A stretch of DNA of 64,000 nt from an uncultured delta proteobacterium (GCA_963765675.1 CAVXXK010000006.1:64001-128000), one strand, 5' to 3'. Positions 49,149 through 60,817 are shown, counted from the stretch's first letter. Notes: a model not told the origin generated them from the sequence alone. Numbers and translations: made by a program.

Positions 49149-50102
49149 CTACTTTCCCCGCACCGCGGGAATCACTTCCTCGGCGAAGCGCTGGACCTCG
49201 TCCACCTGGTACGGCGCCATCTGCAGGAAGATGAAATGCGTCACGCCCGCCTTGCGATAACGCTCGATCGTGTCGAGGCATTCCTGCTTGTCGCCGATCA
49301 TGATTTGCGCGCGCGCCTCTTCGGGCTTGATCCCGCTCATCATCCCGACCAGTTGCGTCACCAACTGCTCGCGATCTTTCGACGCCCGGTAGCATTGCCA
49401 CATCATCACGGTCTTCTCGATCTCGTCGGTATCGCGTCCCTCGGTGTCGCCGTGGCGCTCGATCACGTTTACCAGATGCGCCATCCGCTCCGCGCTGCCC
49501 GACGCGTTCCACATGTCGGCATGACGCGCGACCAGCTTGAGCAAGGTCTTCTCGCCCTGTCCGCCGACCATGATCGGCGGATGCGGTTTCGTGATCGGCT
49601 TCGGATTGCAGACCGCGTCCTTCACCTTGTAATGCCGTCCGTCGAGGCTGGTCTTCTCCTGCGTGAACATCCCCTTGATGATCTTGATCGATTCATCCAG
49701 CGCGCCAAGCCGGCCGGGGATAGTTTTGAAATCGATTCCGAAGCTCTGATGCTCCAGCTCGTACCATCCCGCGCCGATTCCGAGATTCAGCCGTCCCTCC
49801 GAAACCGCGTCGAGCGTCGCCGCCATCTTCGCCAGCACGCACGGGTTGCGATAGGTGTTGCCGTTGACCAGCGCGCCGATTCGCGCGCGCTTGGTATGCT
49901 GGCTGAGCGCGGACAGCAGCGTCCATCCTTCCATGCACGGCCCGGTCGGGTCCGGCACGAAGATCGGATAGAAATGATCGAACACCCAAAGCGAGTCGTA
50001 GCCCCATCCGTCGGCTTTGCTCCAAAGGTCGCGGATCTCTTCGTAAGACACGTTTTGCTGCCCGGTCTGAATTCCAAATCGAATCGGATGAGTCGTCGGC
50101 AT
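49149..50102 (-). CDS. LLM-class, probably F420-dependent oxidoreductase
   Basis: GYDSLWVFDHF, EGWTLLSAL, YRNPCVLAKMAATLD, LGIGAGW, GGQGEK..LKLVARHADMWN. Start MPTTHP with GGAGG RBS. Confidence 0.9.
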   Translation of the reverse strand: MPTTHPIRFGIQTGQQNVSYEEIRDLWSKADGWGYDSLWVFDHFYPIFVPDPTGPCMEGWTLLSALSQHTKRARIGALVNGNTYRNPCVLAKMAATLDAVSEGRLNLGIGAGWYELEHQSFGIDFKTIPGRLGALDESIKIIKGMFTQEKTSLDGRHYKVKDAVCNPKPITKPHPPIMVGGQGEKTLLKLVARHADMWNASGSAERMAHLVNVIERHGDTEGRDTDEIEKTVMMWQCYRASKDREQLVTQLVGMMSGIKPEEARAQIMIGDKQECLDTIERYRKAGVTHFIFLQMAPYQVDEVQRFAEEVIPAVRGK

Positions 50103-50195
50103 CGGCGTTCCTCCTGAAGAACGTTCCAAAGCTACCATCTGCTTCGTGCAATTACTGTGGATGCTGTCTAATCTCGACGCGTGAGGAAAGTGTTT

Positions 50196-51125
50196 ATGTT
50201 TTCGCTCCGGACCGATGCCCCGCTGATTCACACCTACTCGATCGTCGCGCGCGACCCTGCAACCGGCCAGATGGGGGTCGCGGTGCAGTCGCACTACTTC
50301 TCCGTCGGCACCGTTGTGACGTGGGCCGAGGCCGGTGTCGGCGCGGTCGCGACGCAATCTATCGGAGAGCCGTCGTATGGCGCGCTCGGCCTCGAGCTGA
50401 TGCGCACCGGCAAGAGCGCGCCCGACGCACTGCGCGGACTGCTCGCCGCCGACGATCTGCGCGAGCTTCGGCAAGTCGCGATGGTCGATGCGCACGGCGG
50501 AGTTGCGGCGCATACCGGCGCGCTCGCGATTAAGCCTGCCGGCCATATCGTCGGCGAGCAATTCTCGGTGCAGGCCAATCTGATGCTGCGCGAGACCGTG
50601 TGGCCCGCGATGGCGCGCGTGTTCGCCGATACTCGCGGCGAGCTGGTCGATCGGATGCTCGCGGCGCTGGACGCCGCCGAGGCCGAAGGCGGCGATATCC
50701 GCGGGATGCAGTCCTCGGCGCTCCTGATCGTCGGCGCGCAATCGACCGGCAGGCCGTGGATGGACAGGATCTTCGATCTGCGCGTCGATGACCATCGCGA
50801 GCCGCTGAAAGAGCTCCGCCGCCTGGTCGCGGTGCGCCGCGCGTATCTGCACAAGAGCGCGGCAGACAGGGCGTTTGCTCGCGGCGAGATCGCGCAGGGG
50901 AACTTCGAGTACGAAGCCGCCGAGCGCCTGATCGGAGACAATCCCGAGATGCGCTACTGGCACGCGATTGCGCTCGCGTCAGTGGGGCAGCTCGACGCCG
51001 CCGCGCCGATCCTGCGCGAGCTCTTCGCGCGCGATCCGAATTGGCGCACGCTCACGACGCGCCTTCCGCGCACGATGTTCGCGCTCGACGAGGCCGTGCT
51101 CGCGCGGATTTGCGCGCTCGAATAG
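50196..51125 (+). CDS. DUF1028 (Ntn-hydrolase-like) protein with a TPR-like tail
   Basis: TYSIVARD, GVAVQS, GVGAVATQ, GGDIRGMQSSAL, DLRVDDH. Confidence 0.8.
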   Translation: MFSLRTDAPLIHTYSIVARDPATGQMGVAVQSHYFSVGTVVTWAEAGVGAVATQSIGEPSYGALGLELMRTGKSAPDALRGLLAADDLRELRQVAMVDAHGGVAAHTGALAIKPAGHIVGEQFSVQANLMLRETVWPAMARVFADTRGELVDRMLAALDAAEAEGGDIRGMQSSALLIVGAQSTGRPWMDRIFDLRVDDHREPLKELRRLVAVRRAYLHKSAADRAFARGEIAQGNFEYEAAERLIGDNPEMRYWHAIALASVGQLDAAAPILRELFARDPNWRTLTTRLPRTMFALDEAVLARICALE

Positions 51126-51193
51126 CCGCTTGGCCCGCTGCGTGTTCGGCGATACTCTTTGACTGATCGACGTAGCGAGGAGAATCGTCACTT

Positions 51194-52219
51194 ATGCCTC
51201 AAGCCGAGGGTGCGCGCGCGCAGCCTGAAACCGGCGCGCGAGTCGAATACGAACTCCAGCTCTACTACTGGATGAAGCTCATCCGAGCGTTCGAGGAGCG
51301 CGTCTCGCGGCTCCATCGCCAGAACAAAATCATGGGCGGCGTCTATTCGGGCGCGGGTCAGGAGGCGATCTGCACCGGAATCTGCGCGCCGCTCAAGGAC
51401 GGCGATTTCGTCGCGCCGCTGCATCGCGACCTCGGCGTCTTTTTGGTCCGCGGATGCGACCCCGGCCGCCTGATGGCGCAGCTCATGGGCAGGGAGACCG
51501 GGCTCTCGCGCGGCAAGGATTCGTTTCTCCACGGCGGCGACATGGAGCACTGGATTTTCGGATCGACCTCGATGCTGGGATCGTCGCTGCCGGTCGCGGT
51601 CGGCGCGGCGCTCAAGTTCCGGATGAAACACGACAAGAATATCGCGGTCGCGTTTTTCGGCGAAGGCGCATCCTCGCGCGGCGACGTGCACGAGGCGATG
51701 AACTTCGCCGGCGTGCAAAAGCTGCCGGTCCTGTTCGTGTGCGAGAATAATCGCTACGCCTATTCGACCCCGCTCGAAAAGCAGATGGCGATCGAAGACG
51801 TCGCCGATCGCGCGGAAGCCTACGGCTTCAAGGGCCACGTCGTCTCCGGCAACGATCTGCTCGCGGTGCTCGAAGTCAGCGAGCGCGTAATAGGCCAGGT
51901 CCGCGCCGGCGGCGGTCCCGCACTGATCGAGTGCAAGACTTACCGCTATCGCGGCCACAGCGAACACGACGCCGCGCTCTATCGCGATCAGGAAGAGCTG
52001 CTCGAATGGCAGACTCGCGACCCGATTCCGCAGTACGAGCTGTTCCTGGAAAAGAAGGGCCACGACCTAAAGCACATCCGCGAGCAGATGGACGAGCGGA
52101 CGCATCGCGTGGTCCAGGAAGCGGTCGATTTTGCCGAGCAGAGCGCGTTTCCAAAACCTGAAGAAGTACTTGAAGATTTATACGCGCCCAACAACGGCTC
52201 GGCGCCCAAGGGCAAATAG
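51194..52219 (+). CDS. 2-oxoacid dehydrogenase E1 alpha
   Basis: GQEA, FFGEGASSRG, CENNRYAYS, TYRYRGHSEHD, DPI. Confidence 0.92.
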   Translation: MPQAEGARAQPETGARVEYELQLYYWMKLIRAFEERVSRLHRQNKIMGGVYSGAGQEAICTGICAPLKDGDFVAPLHRDLGVFLVRGCDPGRLMAQLMGRETGLSRGKDSFLHGGDMEHWIFGSTSMLGSSLPVAVGAALKFRMKHDKNIAVAFFGEGASSRGDVHEAMNFAGVQKLPVLFVCENNRYAYSTPLEKQMAIEDVADRAEAYGFKGHVVSGNDLLAVLEVSERVIGQVRAGGGPALIECKTYRYRGHSEHDAALYRDQEELLEWQTRDPIPQYELFLEKKGHDLKHIREQMDERTHRVVQEAVDFAEQSAFPKPEEVLEDLYAPNNGSAPKGK

Positions 52220-52221
52220 CC

Positions 52222-53202
52222 ATGGAAATGACCTATATCAAGGCGATCAATTCCGCCCTGATGGAAGAAATGCGCCGCGACGAAAACGTCTTCATGATGG
52301 GCGAGGACGTGGGCGAGCTCGGCGGCGCATTCAAGGCCACCGAAGGATTGCTCGAAGCGTTCGGCGAAGAGCGCGTGATCGACACCCCGATCTCCGAGGC
52401 GCTGATCGTCGGCGCGGGAATCGGCGCCGCGGTGCTCGGGATGCGCCCGGTGCTCGAGATGCAGTTCGCCGATTTCATCTCCTGCGCGTTCGATCAGATC
52501 GTCAACATGGCGGCGACCACACGCTATCGCCATGGCGGCCTGGCGCAGTGCCCGCTCGTGGTGCGGGCGCCCTCGGGCGCCGGAATCCACGGCGCGCTGT
52601 TCCATTCGCAGAATCCCGAAGCGTGGTTCACCCGCGTGCCCGGCTTGAAGGTGGTCGCACCCGCGACGGTGTATGACGCCAAGGGCCTCCTGAAGGCCGC
52701 GATTCGCGACAACAACCCCGTCATCTATTTCGAGCACAAGCGGCTCTACCGCAGTATCAAGGAAGACCTGCCCGACGCGGACTTCACCGTGCCGATCGGT
52801 GTCGCCGAGATTCGCAAGCCCGGCGACGACCTTTCGCTGATCACATACGGCGGCACGCTCGGGCAATCGATTGACGCGGCGAAAATCGTCGAGAAGGAAG
52901 ACGGCCTCGCGGTCGAGGTGCTCGACCTGCGCACTCTCCTGCCGCTCGACCGCGACGCGATCCTCGCGACCGCGCGCAAGACCGGCAAGGTGCTGATCGT
53001 CCATGAGGATCGGCTGACCGGCGGAATCGGCGGAGAAGTCGCCGCGATTATCGGCGAGCATGCGTTCGAGTCGCTCGACGGTCCCGTGCGCCGCCTGGCC
53101 GCGATGGACACGCACGTCGCGTTCAGTCCTCCGCTCGAAGAGGCAATCCTGCCCAATACCAACAAGATCGTCGACGCGATCCGGAGCCTCGCGGCCTACT
53201 GA
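52222..53202 (+). CDS. 2-oxoacid dehydrogenase E1 beta
   Basis: GEDVG..GGAFKAT, DTPISE, EMQFADF, HSQNPE, DLRTLLPLD. Confidence 0.92.
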   Translation: MEMTYIKAINSALMEEMRRDENVFMMGEDVGELGGAFKATEGLLEAFGEERVIDTPISEALIVGAGIGAAVLGMRPVLEMQFADFISCAFDQIVNMAATTRYRHGGLAQCPLVVRAPSGAGIHGALFHSQNPEAWFTRVPGLKVVAPATVYDAKGLLKAAIRDNNPVIYFEHKRLYRSIKEDLPDADFTVPIGVAEIRKPGDDLSLITYGGTLGQSIDAAKIVEKEDGLAVEVLDLRTLLPLDRDAILATARKTGKVLIVHEDRLTGGIGGEVAAIIGEHAFESLDGPVRRLAAMDTHVAFSPPLEEAILPNTNKIVDAIRSLAAY

Positions 53203-53203
53203 A

Positions 53204-54596
53204 ATGAGTATTGAAGTTACGATGCCCCAGATGGGCGAGAGTATCGTCGAAGGAACGATCCTGAAGTGGCTGGTCAAGGAAGGCGACGTCGTCACCGAAG
53301 ACCAACCGCTATGCGAGATCTCGACCGACAAAGTTGATACTGAAATTCCGTCTCCCGGCGCGGGACGGATCGCGAAAATCGTCGCGCAGGAAGGGCAGAC
53401 GCTTCCCGTCGGCGCGGCGCTCGCGATGATCGACGCTGCCGGCGCGTCCGCTCCAGAAGCCAAAGCGACGGCGGCTCTATCGGCGCCAAAGGCGGTATCG
53501 AAACCCGCGCCCGCGCTGGTTCGTGAGATTCGTCCGACGCCGCCGCCACCGCCTCGTGCGGAACCTGCCGCGCCGGCGTCGAGTGCCGCGGCTCCTTCCG
53601 ATGACGACGGTGAGCATCGCCGCTACTCGCCCGTGGTGATGAAGATGGCGGCGGAGCATCGCATCGACCTCGCGCGCGTGAGCGGCACCGGAATCGGCGG
53701 ACGGGTCAGCAAACGCGACGTGACCCGCTACCTGGATTCCCTGCGCTCCGAGCGGCGCGCAATCGAGCGCCGCCAACGGCGCGGCAACTCCGGCTGCCGC
53801 CCAGACCTCGCCGGCGCAGAAGCCTGTGGTCTCGCAACCGCCCGCGGCGGCGCCCTCGGGTGCCGCGTTTCATCCTCCTGTGTATCAGCCGCGCGAGGGC
53901 GATATCGTCGAGCCGTTCACGCGCCGCCGCAAGCTGATCGCCGAGCACATGGTCTTCTCGAAGACCCATTCTCCGCACGTGCCGACCGTCGCCGAAGTCG
54001 ATATGACGCGAATCTCGCGCTTGCGCGACCAGCACAAGGCCGCGTTCGCCGCGCGCGAGGGTTTCGCGCTCACGATGCTGCCGCTGGTGGCCGCGGCGAC
54101 GGTCCGCGCGCTCAAGGAATTTCCGCGCATCAACGCCTCGGTGGTTGGCGATTCAGTCGTGATCCGGCGCGAGATCAATCTGGGCATCGCGATGGATTCC
54201 GACGAGGGCCTGCTGGTTCCTGTGCTCAAGCGCGCGGAGGGAATGTCGGTGGTAGGAATCGCGCGCGAGATCGCGGCGCTCCAGCGCAAAGTCGCCGACA
54301 AGAAAATCACCCCCGACGATCTCGCCGGCGGCAGCTTCACGCTCTCGAATCCGGGCCGCGAGGGAAATCTCTACGGCTTCGCGATTATCAATCAGCCGCA
54401 AGTAGGAATCCTGCGGATGGGCGAAGTCAAGAAGCGTCCGGTAGTGATCGAAGTGGACGGCGAAGACGCGATCGCGATTCGCGTCATGATGTATCTAGCG
54501 CTCTCCTACGACCACCGCGTAATCGACGGCGTCCTCGGCAACCGCTTCCTCTACCGCACCGCCCGAATAATCGAAGAAGCCGACTTCGAGCTATAA
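53204..54596 (+). CDS. Dihydrolipoamide acyltransferase E2 (apparent +1 frameshift near 53748)
   Basis: Lipoyl domain MPQMGESI..EISTDKVDTE, E3-binding GTGIGGRVSKRD, catalytic SYDHRVIDG in the shifted frame. Confidence 0.9.
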
Positions 54597-54661
54597 ATTT
54601 CTCCGCCTGACGCCTCCGGCGCCGGTCTGAAACCCTCTCCCGGCGGGCCGGCGGGAGAGCT

Positions 54662-54913
54662 TTGCATAACCAATCGGAAAAGTGTGCCGATCTGTGAGGG
54701 CGAGATTCCTCGCGAAATCTGCCGCGCCAGTTGATACGTACGCCCCCATCTGCACTGCCTACGCGCGCTCGGAATGACAATTTCTCCTGGCTTTGTGTCA
54801 TTCCGAGCGCGATCAGGCGCCCTGTATGGTTTCGTATGCTTCATGTTGCGCGGCAGAGGTCGCGAGGAATCTCGCCCTTGCGCACCGGTGCACCCGTCCG
54901 ATTGGTTACGCAA
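54662..54913. mobile_element. Family B MITE-like element, 252 bp
   Basis: TTGCATAACCAATCGG ... CCGATTGGTTACGCAA ends; colinear with 48873-49124. Confidence 0.7.
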
Positions 54914-54989
54914 CCCTCTCCCTCCGGGAGAGGGCGACGCGGCGCGGCGATTGCTCTTTTCAGCAATCGCCGTGACGCGTGGGTGAGGG
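54914..54989. repeat. Family A2 unit abutting the family B element
   Basis: CCCTCTCCCTCCGGGAGAGGGCGACGCGGCGCGGCGATTGC...GCAATCGCCGTGACGCGTGGGTGAGGG, near-identical to 28582-28657. Confidence 0.85.
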
Positions 54990-55067
54990 CGGCCTAGCTG
55001 GGTCACCCATCTTTTTTTAACCGCGCGTCGCGGACCGCGCCGAGCTAATCTGGATAGGGTGAACACC

Positions 55068-56064
55068 ATGCGCGCGATGGCGGTAGAACGGCCCGGTCCA
55101 ATCGAATCGACGCCCCTGATCCAGATCGATGCGCCGATCCCCGAACCCGCCGAGCGGCGAGATCCGCGTGCGCGTCCGCGCCTGCGGCGTGTGCCGCACC
55201 GATCTCCACGTCGCCGAGGGCGACCTCGCGCGCAAGCATCCGCGAATCATCCCCGGACACGAAATCGTCGGCGTGGTCGATAAAAACGGCGCGGGAGCAC
55301 ATCGCTTCGCGATCGGCGATCGCGTCGGAATCGCGTGGCTGCGCCAGACCTGCGGCGCATGCGCCTATTGCCTGCGCGGACGCGAGAATCTTTGCCCGAA
55401 CGCTCTCTTCACCGGATGGGACCGCGACGGCGGATACGCCGAGTACGCGGTCGTGCGCGAGGCGTTCGCCTACGCGATTCCCGCCGCGATCGCCGACCAG
55501 GATGCCGCTCCGCTGCTATGCGCGGGAATAATCGGCTACCGCGCAATCAAGCGCGCCGAGGTCAAGCCCGGCGCGACGGTCGGCCTCTACGGCTTCGGCG
55601 GCTCGGCGCATCTCGCGCTTCAGGTGCTGAGGCATTGGAAGTGCCGCGTGTTCGTGATGTCGCGCGGCGGAGTGCATCGCGATCTCGCCAAGTCGCTCGG
55701 CGCGGAATGGATCGGCGGCGCCGACGAACGTCCGCCCGCGCCGCTCGACGCCGCGATCCTCTTCGCTCCGGCAGGAAACCTCGTTGCGCCTGCGCTCGCG
55801 GCGCTCGACCGCGGCGGCATCCTCGCAATCGCGGGAATCTACCTGAGTCCGATTCCCGAGCTCGATTACAACCTGCTGTTTCAGGAGCGCGAGCTTCGCA
55901 GCGTCACCGCGAACACCCGCGCCGACGGCGAAGAGTTCCTGAAAATCGCCGGCGAGATTCCGATTCGCACCAGCACAATTCCCTTCGACCTCACCGAAGC
56001 AACCCGCGCCCTGACGATGCTCAAGCACGACCAGATCAAAGGTGCCGCCGTCCTGAAGATGTGA
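55068..56064 (+). CDS. Zinc-dependent alcohol dehydrogenase (apparent +1 frameshift near 55150)
   Basis: [22 protein letters not shown]...[20 protein letters not shown]. Confidence 0.9.
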
Positions 56065-56103
56065 CGCTGCGCGCCTCTGCGCCGAGCCTGCATTGAGGCA
56101 GGC

Positions 56104-56173
56104 CCGGGAACGCCAATCTCCCGAATGGCGTGTGCAGGCACAAACCGCCAATCAGGAGATTGGCGTTCCCAGG
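56104..56173. repeat. REP-like inverted repeat (family D)
   Basis: CCGGGAACGCCAATCTCCCGAATGGCG ... CGCCAATCAGGAGATTGGCGTTCCCAGG. Confidence 0.7.
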
Positions 56174-56394
56174 GGGCACAAAATCCGAAAAATTCTGCAC
56201 GGGGTTTTTGACGAGTCGTGCCCTAAATCGGGCCTCTGGCACGCCTAGAAATGCGCATGAAACCCCTGCGGCAGAAGGGGTTGCGCGTTTTCGTCTTGCG
56301 CGGATGCCAGCCTAACACTCGTTCGGGTTTTTGCCAGATTTGTTCATGGCTGAACTGTTCAGCCTTATGCCCAATTCCAGTCCGTGCAAAACTG

Positions 56395-56550
56395 ATCCCA
56401 TGGAAGCATCAGGCGCAGTCAGCAATCCAACCACCAAGACACCAAGACACAAAGACCTGATTCATTTCCGCGCGCCGCGCGCGGAAATGAATCTTCTTCG
56501 TGTTTTAGTGTCTTCCTCTTCCTTGGTGTCTTCGTGTTTAGCCTTTTCTG
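56395..56550. repeat. Repeat family C, second long copy
   Basis: Direct repeat of 16591-16746. Confidence 0.9.
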
Positions 56551-56792
56551 GCCGCGTAGCACCGTCCGAAAATCGATGACCAAAAAAGCGCATAAAACGA
56601 ACCCAGCGAGCGGAATCCGCCAGTATCCTCAAGGAGAATAATTTTTCGGCGGCGTCAAAAGATACCAAACGAACCCACCGAAATTCGACGGCCGTCGCCG
56701 TTTCAAGGCGCCTCCATGCCCATTTTCAGATTCCGTCCGCAAGATTTGCTTCATCGACGAGCGCCGGAGCATTAGCAATTTTTGAGGTTTTG

Positions 56793-56822
56793 TTGACCCG
56801 CGCGAGCCGCGCTTGCTACGCT
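56793..56822 (+). promoter_or_regulatory. Putative sigma70 promoter of nuoB
   Basis: TTGACC-N18-TACGCT with extended -10 TG. Confidence 0.45.
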
Positions 56823-56857
56823 TTGAACGTAGCTTCGAGACAACCGAAGAGGGATAA

Positions 56858-57394
56858 ATGGCGGACATTAAGGCATCGGACCAGAGAAGCCAGGGCGACG
56901 AGATCCTGCTCGCCGATGCGGCGGTCCTGACGCGGCTCGACAAGGCGATCGCGTGGGCGCGCAAGTTTTCGATCTTTCCGTATCCCTTCGCGACCGCGTG
57001 CTGCGCGATGGAGTACATGTCGCTGTCGCTGACCCCCTACGATATCGATCGCTTCGGCGCGTTGCTGCCGCGCTTCACTCCGCGCCAGGCCGACCTGCTG
57101 ATGGTGATCGGCACGGTCACCGTGCGCCAGGGACCGATCCTGCGCCGCGTCTACGACCAGATGGCCGAGCCGAAATGGGTGATGGCGTTCGGCGCGTGCG
57201 CGTCGTCGGGCGGCTTCTATGACAACTACGCGACGATTCCCGGTATCGACAAGATCGTGCCGGTTGACGTCTATGTTCCCGGATGCCCTCCGCGACCCGA
57301 AAGCGTGCTCGACGGCCTGATGGCGTTGCAGCGCAAGATCCAGGGCGAGAAGCAGAAACTGCTCGGCCTGAGCACCAAGCATCAAGCGGCCTGA
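56858..57394 (+). CDS. nuoB: NADH-quinone oxidoreductase subunit B
   Basis: TACCAME, PRQADL, QMAEPKWVMAFGACA, VDVYVPGCPPRPE. Confidence 0.93.
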   Translation: MADIKASDQRSQGDEILLADAAVLTRLDKAIAWARKFSIFPYPFATACCAMEYMSLSLTPYDIDRFGALLPRFTPRQADLLMVIGTVTVRQGPILRRVYDQMAEPKWVMAFGACASSGGFYDNYATIPGIDKIVPVDVYVPGCPPRPESVLDGLMALQRKIQGEKQKLLGLSTKHQAA

Positions 57395-57421
57395 CCCGCG
57401 CCGCATCCGCGACTTACTCGA

Positions 57422-58792
<1,371 letters not shown>

Positions 58793-58799
58793 CGCGCCG

Positions 58800-60389
58800 A
58801 TGCCGAAGCTCACCATCGATGGCAAGGAAATCGAAGTCGCCGACGGCCTGAATCTGATCAAGGCCGCCGATCAGGCGGGCATCGAGATCCCGCACTACTG
58901 TTATCATCCGGGCTTGAGCGTGCCGGGCAATTGCAGGATGTGCCTGGTCGAAGTCGAAAAAGCTCCCAAGCTCCAGATCGCGTGCAACACCAAGGTCGCT
59001 GACGGGATGGTGGTGCACACCAAGAGCGAGCGCACCAAGACCGCGCAGAAAGCGGTGCTCGAATTCCTGCTGATCAATCATCCGATCGATTGCCCGGTGT
59101 GCGATCAGTCCGGCGAGTGCAAGCTGCAAGACTACTACATGGATTACGACCAGCAGCCGTCGCGCTTTCCGCTCGGCAAGAAGAACAAAAAGGGCAAGGC
59201 GATCGACATCGGCTCCGGCGTGATGCTCGATCAGGAGCGCTGCATCTTATGCTCGCGCTGCACGCGCTTCTTCGACGAGATCACCAAGACGAGCGAACTC
59301 GCGATTTTCCAGCGCGGCGATCAGTGCCAGATAAATCACTGGCCCGACCGCCCGATCAACAACAAGTACGCGACCAACGTGGTCGATATCTGCCCGGTCG
59401 GCGCGCTCACCGAAAAAGAATTCCGCTTCCGCATGCGCGTCTGGTACCTGCATCGCACGCCGAGTGTGTGCGGCGGATGCGAGCGCGGATGCTCGATCGA
59501 CATCTTTCAGAATCGCGGCCGTATCTACCGCTTCAAGCCGCGCCAGAATCCCGACGTCAACAGCTACTGGATGTGCGACGAGGGCCGGCACTCATTTCCC
59601 TCGCTCCAGAGCGAAAGCCGTCTCACCACGCCGCTCTATCAGGACAAGGACCGGCTGGTCGCCGAAACCTGGAGTGAGGCGATGCGCCGCGCTGCGGCGC
59701 GAATCACGGAGATCGGAAAGCAATACGGCGCGAACGCGATCTGCGCGGTGATCGGAGCGCAGGCGACCAATGAAGAGGCCTTCGCGCTGAAGCAACTGAT
59801 CAAGGACACGATCGGATCCGATCGGCTCGCGACACTTAGTTGGTCGCCTCCGGGAGCAAGCGGCGACGACGATCTGCTGATCCGAGCCAACAAGAATCCG
59901 AACACGCGTGGCCTCGCCGCGCTCGGTCTGCCGAGCGACGGACTCGACGCACTCTCGAACGCGGTTGCGTCCGGCGAGCTCAAGATGCTGATCGCGATGC
60001 GCGCGGACCTGGTGAAGCCGCTCGGCGAGGCCGAGTTCATCCGGCGTTTCGGCGCGCTCGACTACCTGCTGGTGCTGGATACCGACGCCAACGAGATCGG
60101 GCAGATGGCGAATCAGCTATGGCCGATCGGCGCGTATCCGGAAATCGACGGCAGCTTCACCAACTTCAAGGGCCGGGTCCAGAAAATCACTTCCGCGTTT
60201 CCGCCGCCCGGACAAGCGCTCTCGGCAATCGAGGCGATCGCGCGCCTGGGCCACGCGCTCGACGGCGTCGAGCGTCCGAAGACCGCCGATGCAGTCTTCG
60301 CCGCGATGGCGCAGCAAGAGCCCGCATTCGCCACAATGGCTCTGGAAGCCCTCGGCCCCCACGGCAAAGACCTCACGCCGCTCACTTAA
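58800..60389 (+). CDS. nuoG: NADH-quinone oxidoreductase subunit G-like
   Basis: IPHYCYHP, GNCRMCLVE, HPIDCPVCDQSGEC, RCILCSRC, DICPVGAL, CGGCERGC, MCDEGR. Confidence 0.9.
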   Translation: MPKLTIDGKEIEVADGLNLIKAADQAGIEIPHYCYHPGLSVPGNCRMCLVEVEKAPKLQIACNTKVADGMVVHTKSERTKTAQKAVLEFLLINHPIDCPVCDQSGECKLQDYYMDYDQQPSRFPLGKKNKKGKAIDIGSGVMLDQERCILCSRCTRFFDEITKTSELAIFQRGDQCQINHWPDRPINNKYATNVVDICPVGALTEKEFRFRMRVWYLHRTPSVCGGCERGCSIDIFQNRGRIYRFKPRQNPDVNSYWMCDEGRHSFPSLQSESRLTTPLYQDKDRLVAETWSEAMRRAAARITEIGKQYGANAICAVIGAQATNEEAFALKQLIKDTIGSDRLATLSWSPPGASGDDDLLIRANKNPNTRGLAALGLPSDGLDALSNAVASGELKMLIAMRADLVKPLGEAEFIRRFGALDYLLVLDTDANEIGQMANQLWPIGAYPEIDGSFTNFKGRVQKITSAFPPPGQALSAIEAIARLGHALDGVERPKTADAVFAAMAQQEPAFATMALEALGPHGKDLTPLT

Positions 60390-60404
60390 TTCCTTCGCCT
60401 GCTT

Positions 60405-60811
60405 TCTGATTCCTCGCCCTGAAAGGGAGAGGCCAGGTGAGGGACCTTATTCAGCGCGGCGCACGGCGCCACGCGATTACAAAGAGGAACCTAAGTATCG
60501 CGCAGGATCCGCGATCAAGCACGGCCGCCCTCACCCGCGCGTCACGATGCTTGCGAAAAGAGCGCAAGCATCGCGCCGCGTCGCCCTCTCCCGGAGGGAG
60601 AGGGAATCTCGGGGGACCGGTCATTGCGCCTCTCCCGCCGGGAGAGGTCGCGCGAGGCTTCGCTATGCGAAGCCTCGCGCGGGTGAGGGCGGCCTTGCTC
60701 GATCGGGGATGCTTGCTGAATACGCAATTTCCTTTTTTATCGCGCGACGCTGCGCGCCGCGCTGAATAAGGTCCCTCATCTAACCTCTCCCTTTCAGGGC
60801 GAAAGACCGGA
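60405..60811. repeat. Nested palindrome: family A arms enclosing an inverted A2 pair
   Basis: TCGCCCTGAAAGGGAGAGGCCAGGTGAGGGACCTTATTCAGCGCGGCGC ... GCGCCGCGCTGAATAAGGTCCCTCATCTAACCTCTCCCTTTCAGGGCGA; between convergent genes. Confidence 0.9.
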
Positions 60812-60817
60812 GGCGCG

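Noticed and set aside
48942-49260. Small ORFs inside repeat elements (also 13556-13996, 16658-16948, 54731-54997, 56331-56668, 60289-60769)
   Set aside because: Their similarity to each other reflects the repeats only; no RBS or protein-family signal.
50103-50963. N-terminal half of the 604-aa minus-strand ORF 49149-50963
   Set aside because: Antisense shadow of the DUF1028 gene; the LLM domain starts at 50102 with its own RBS.
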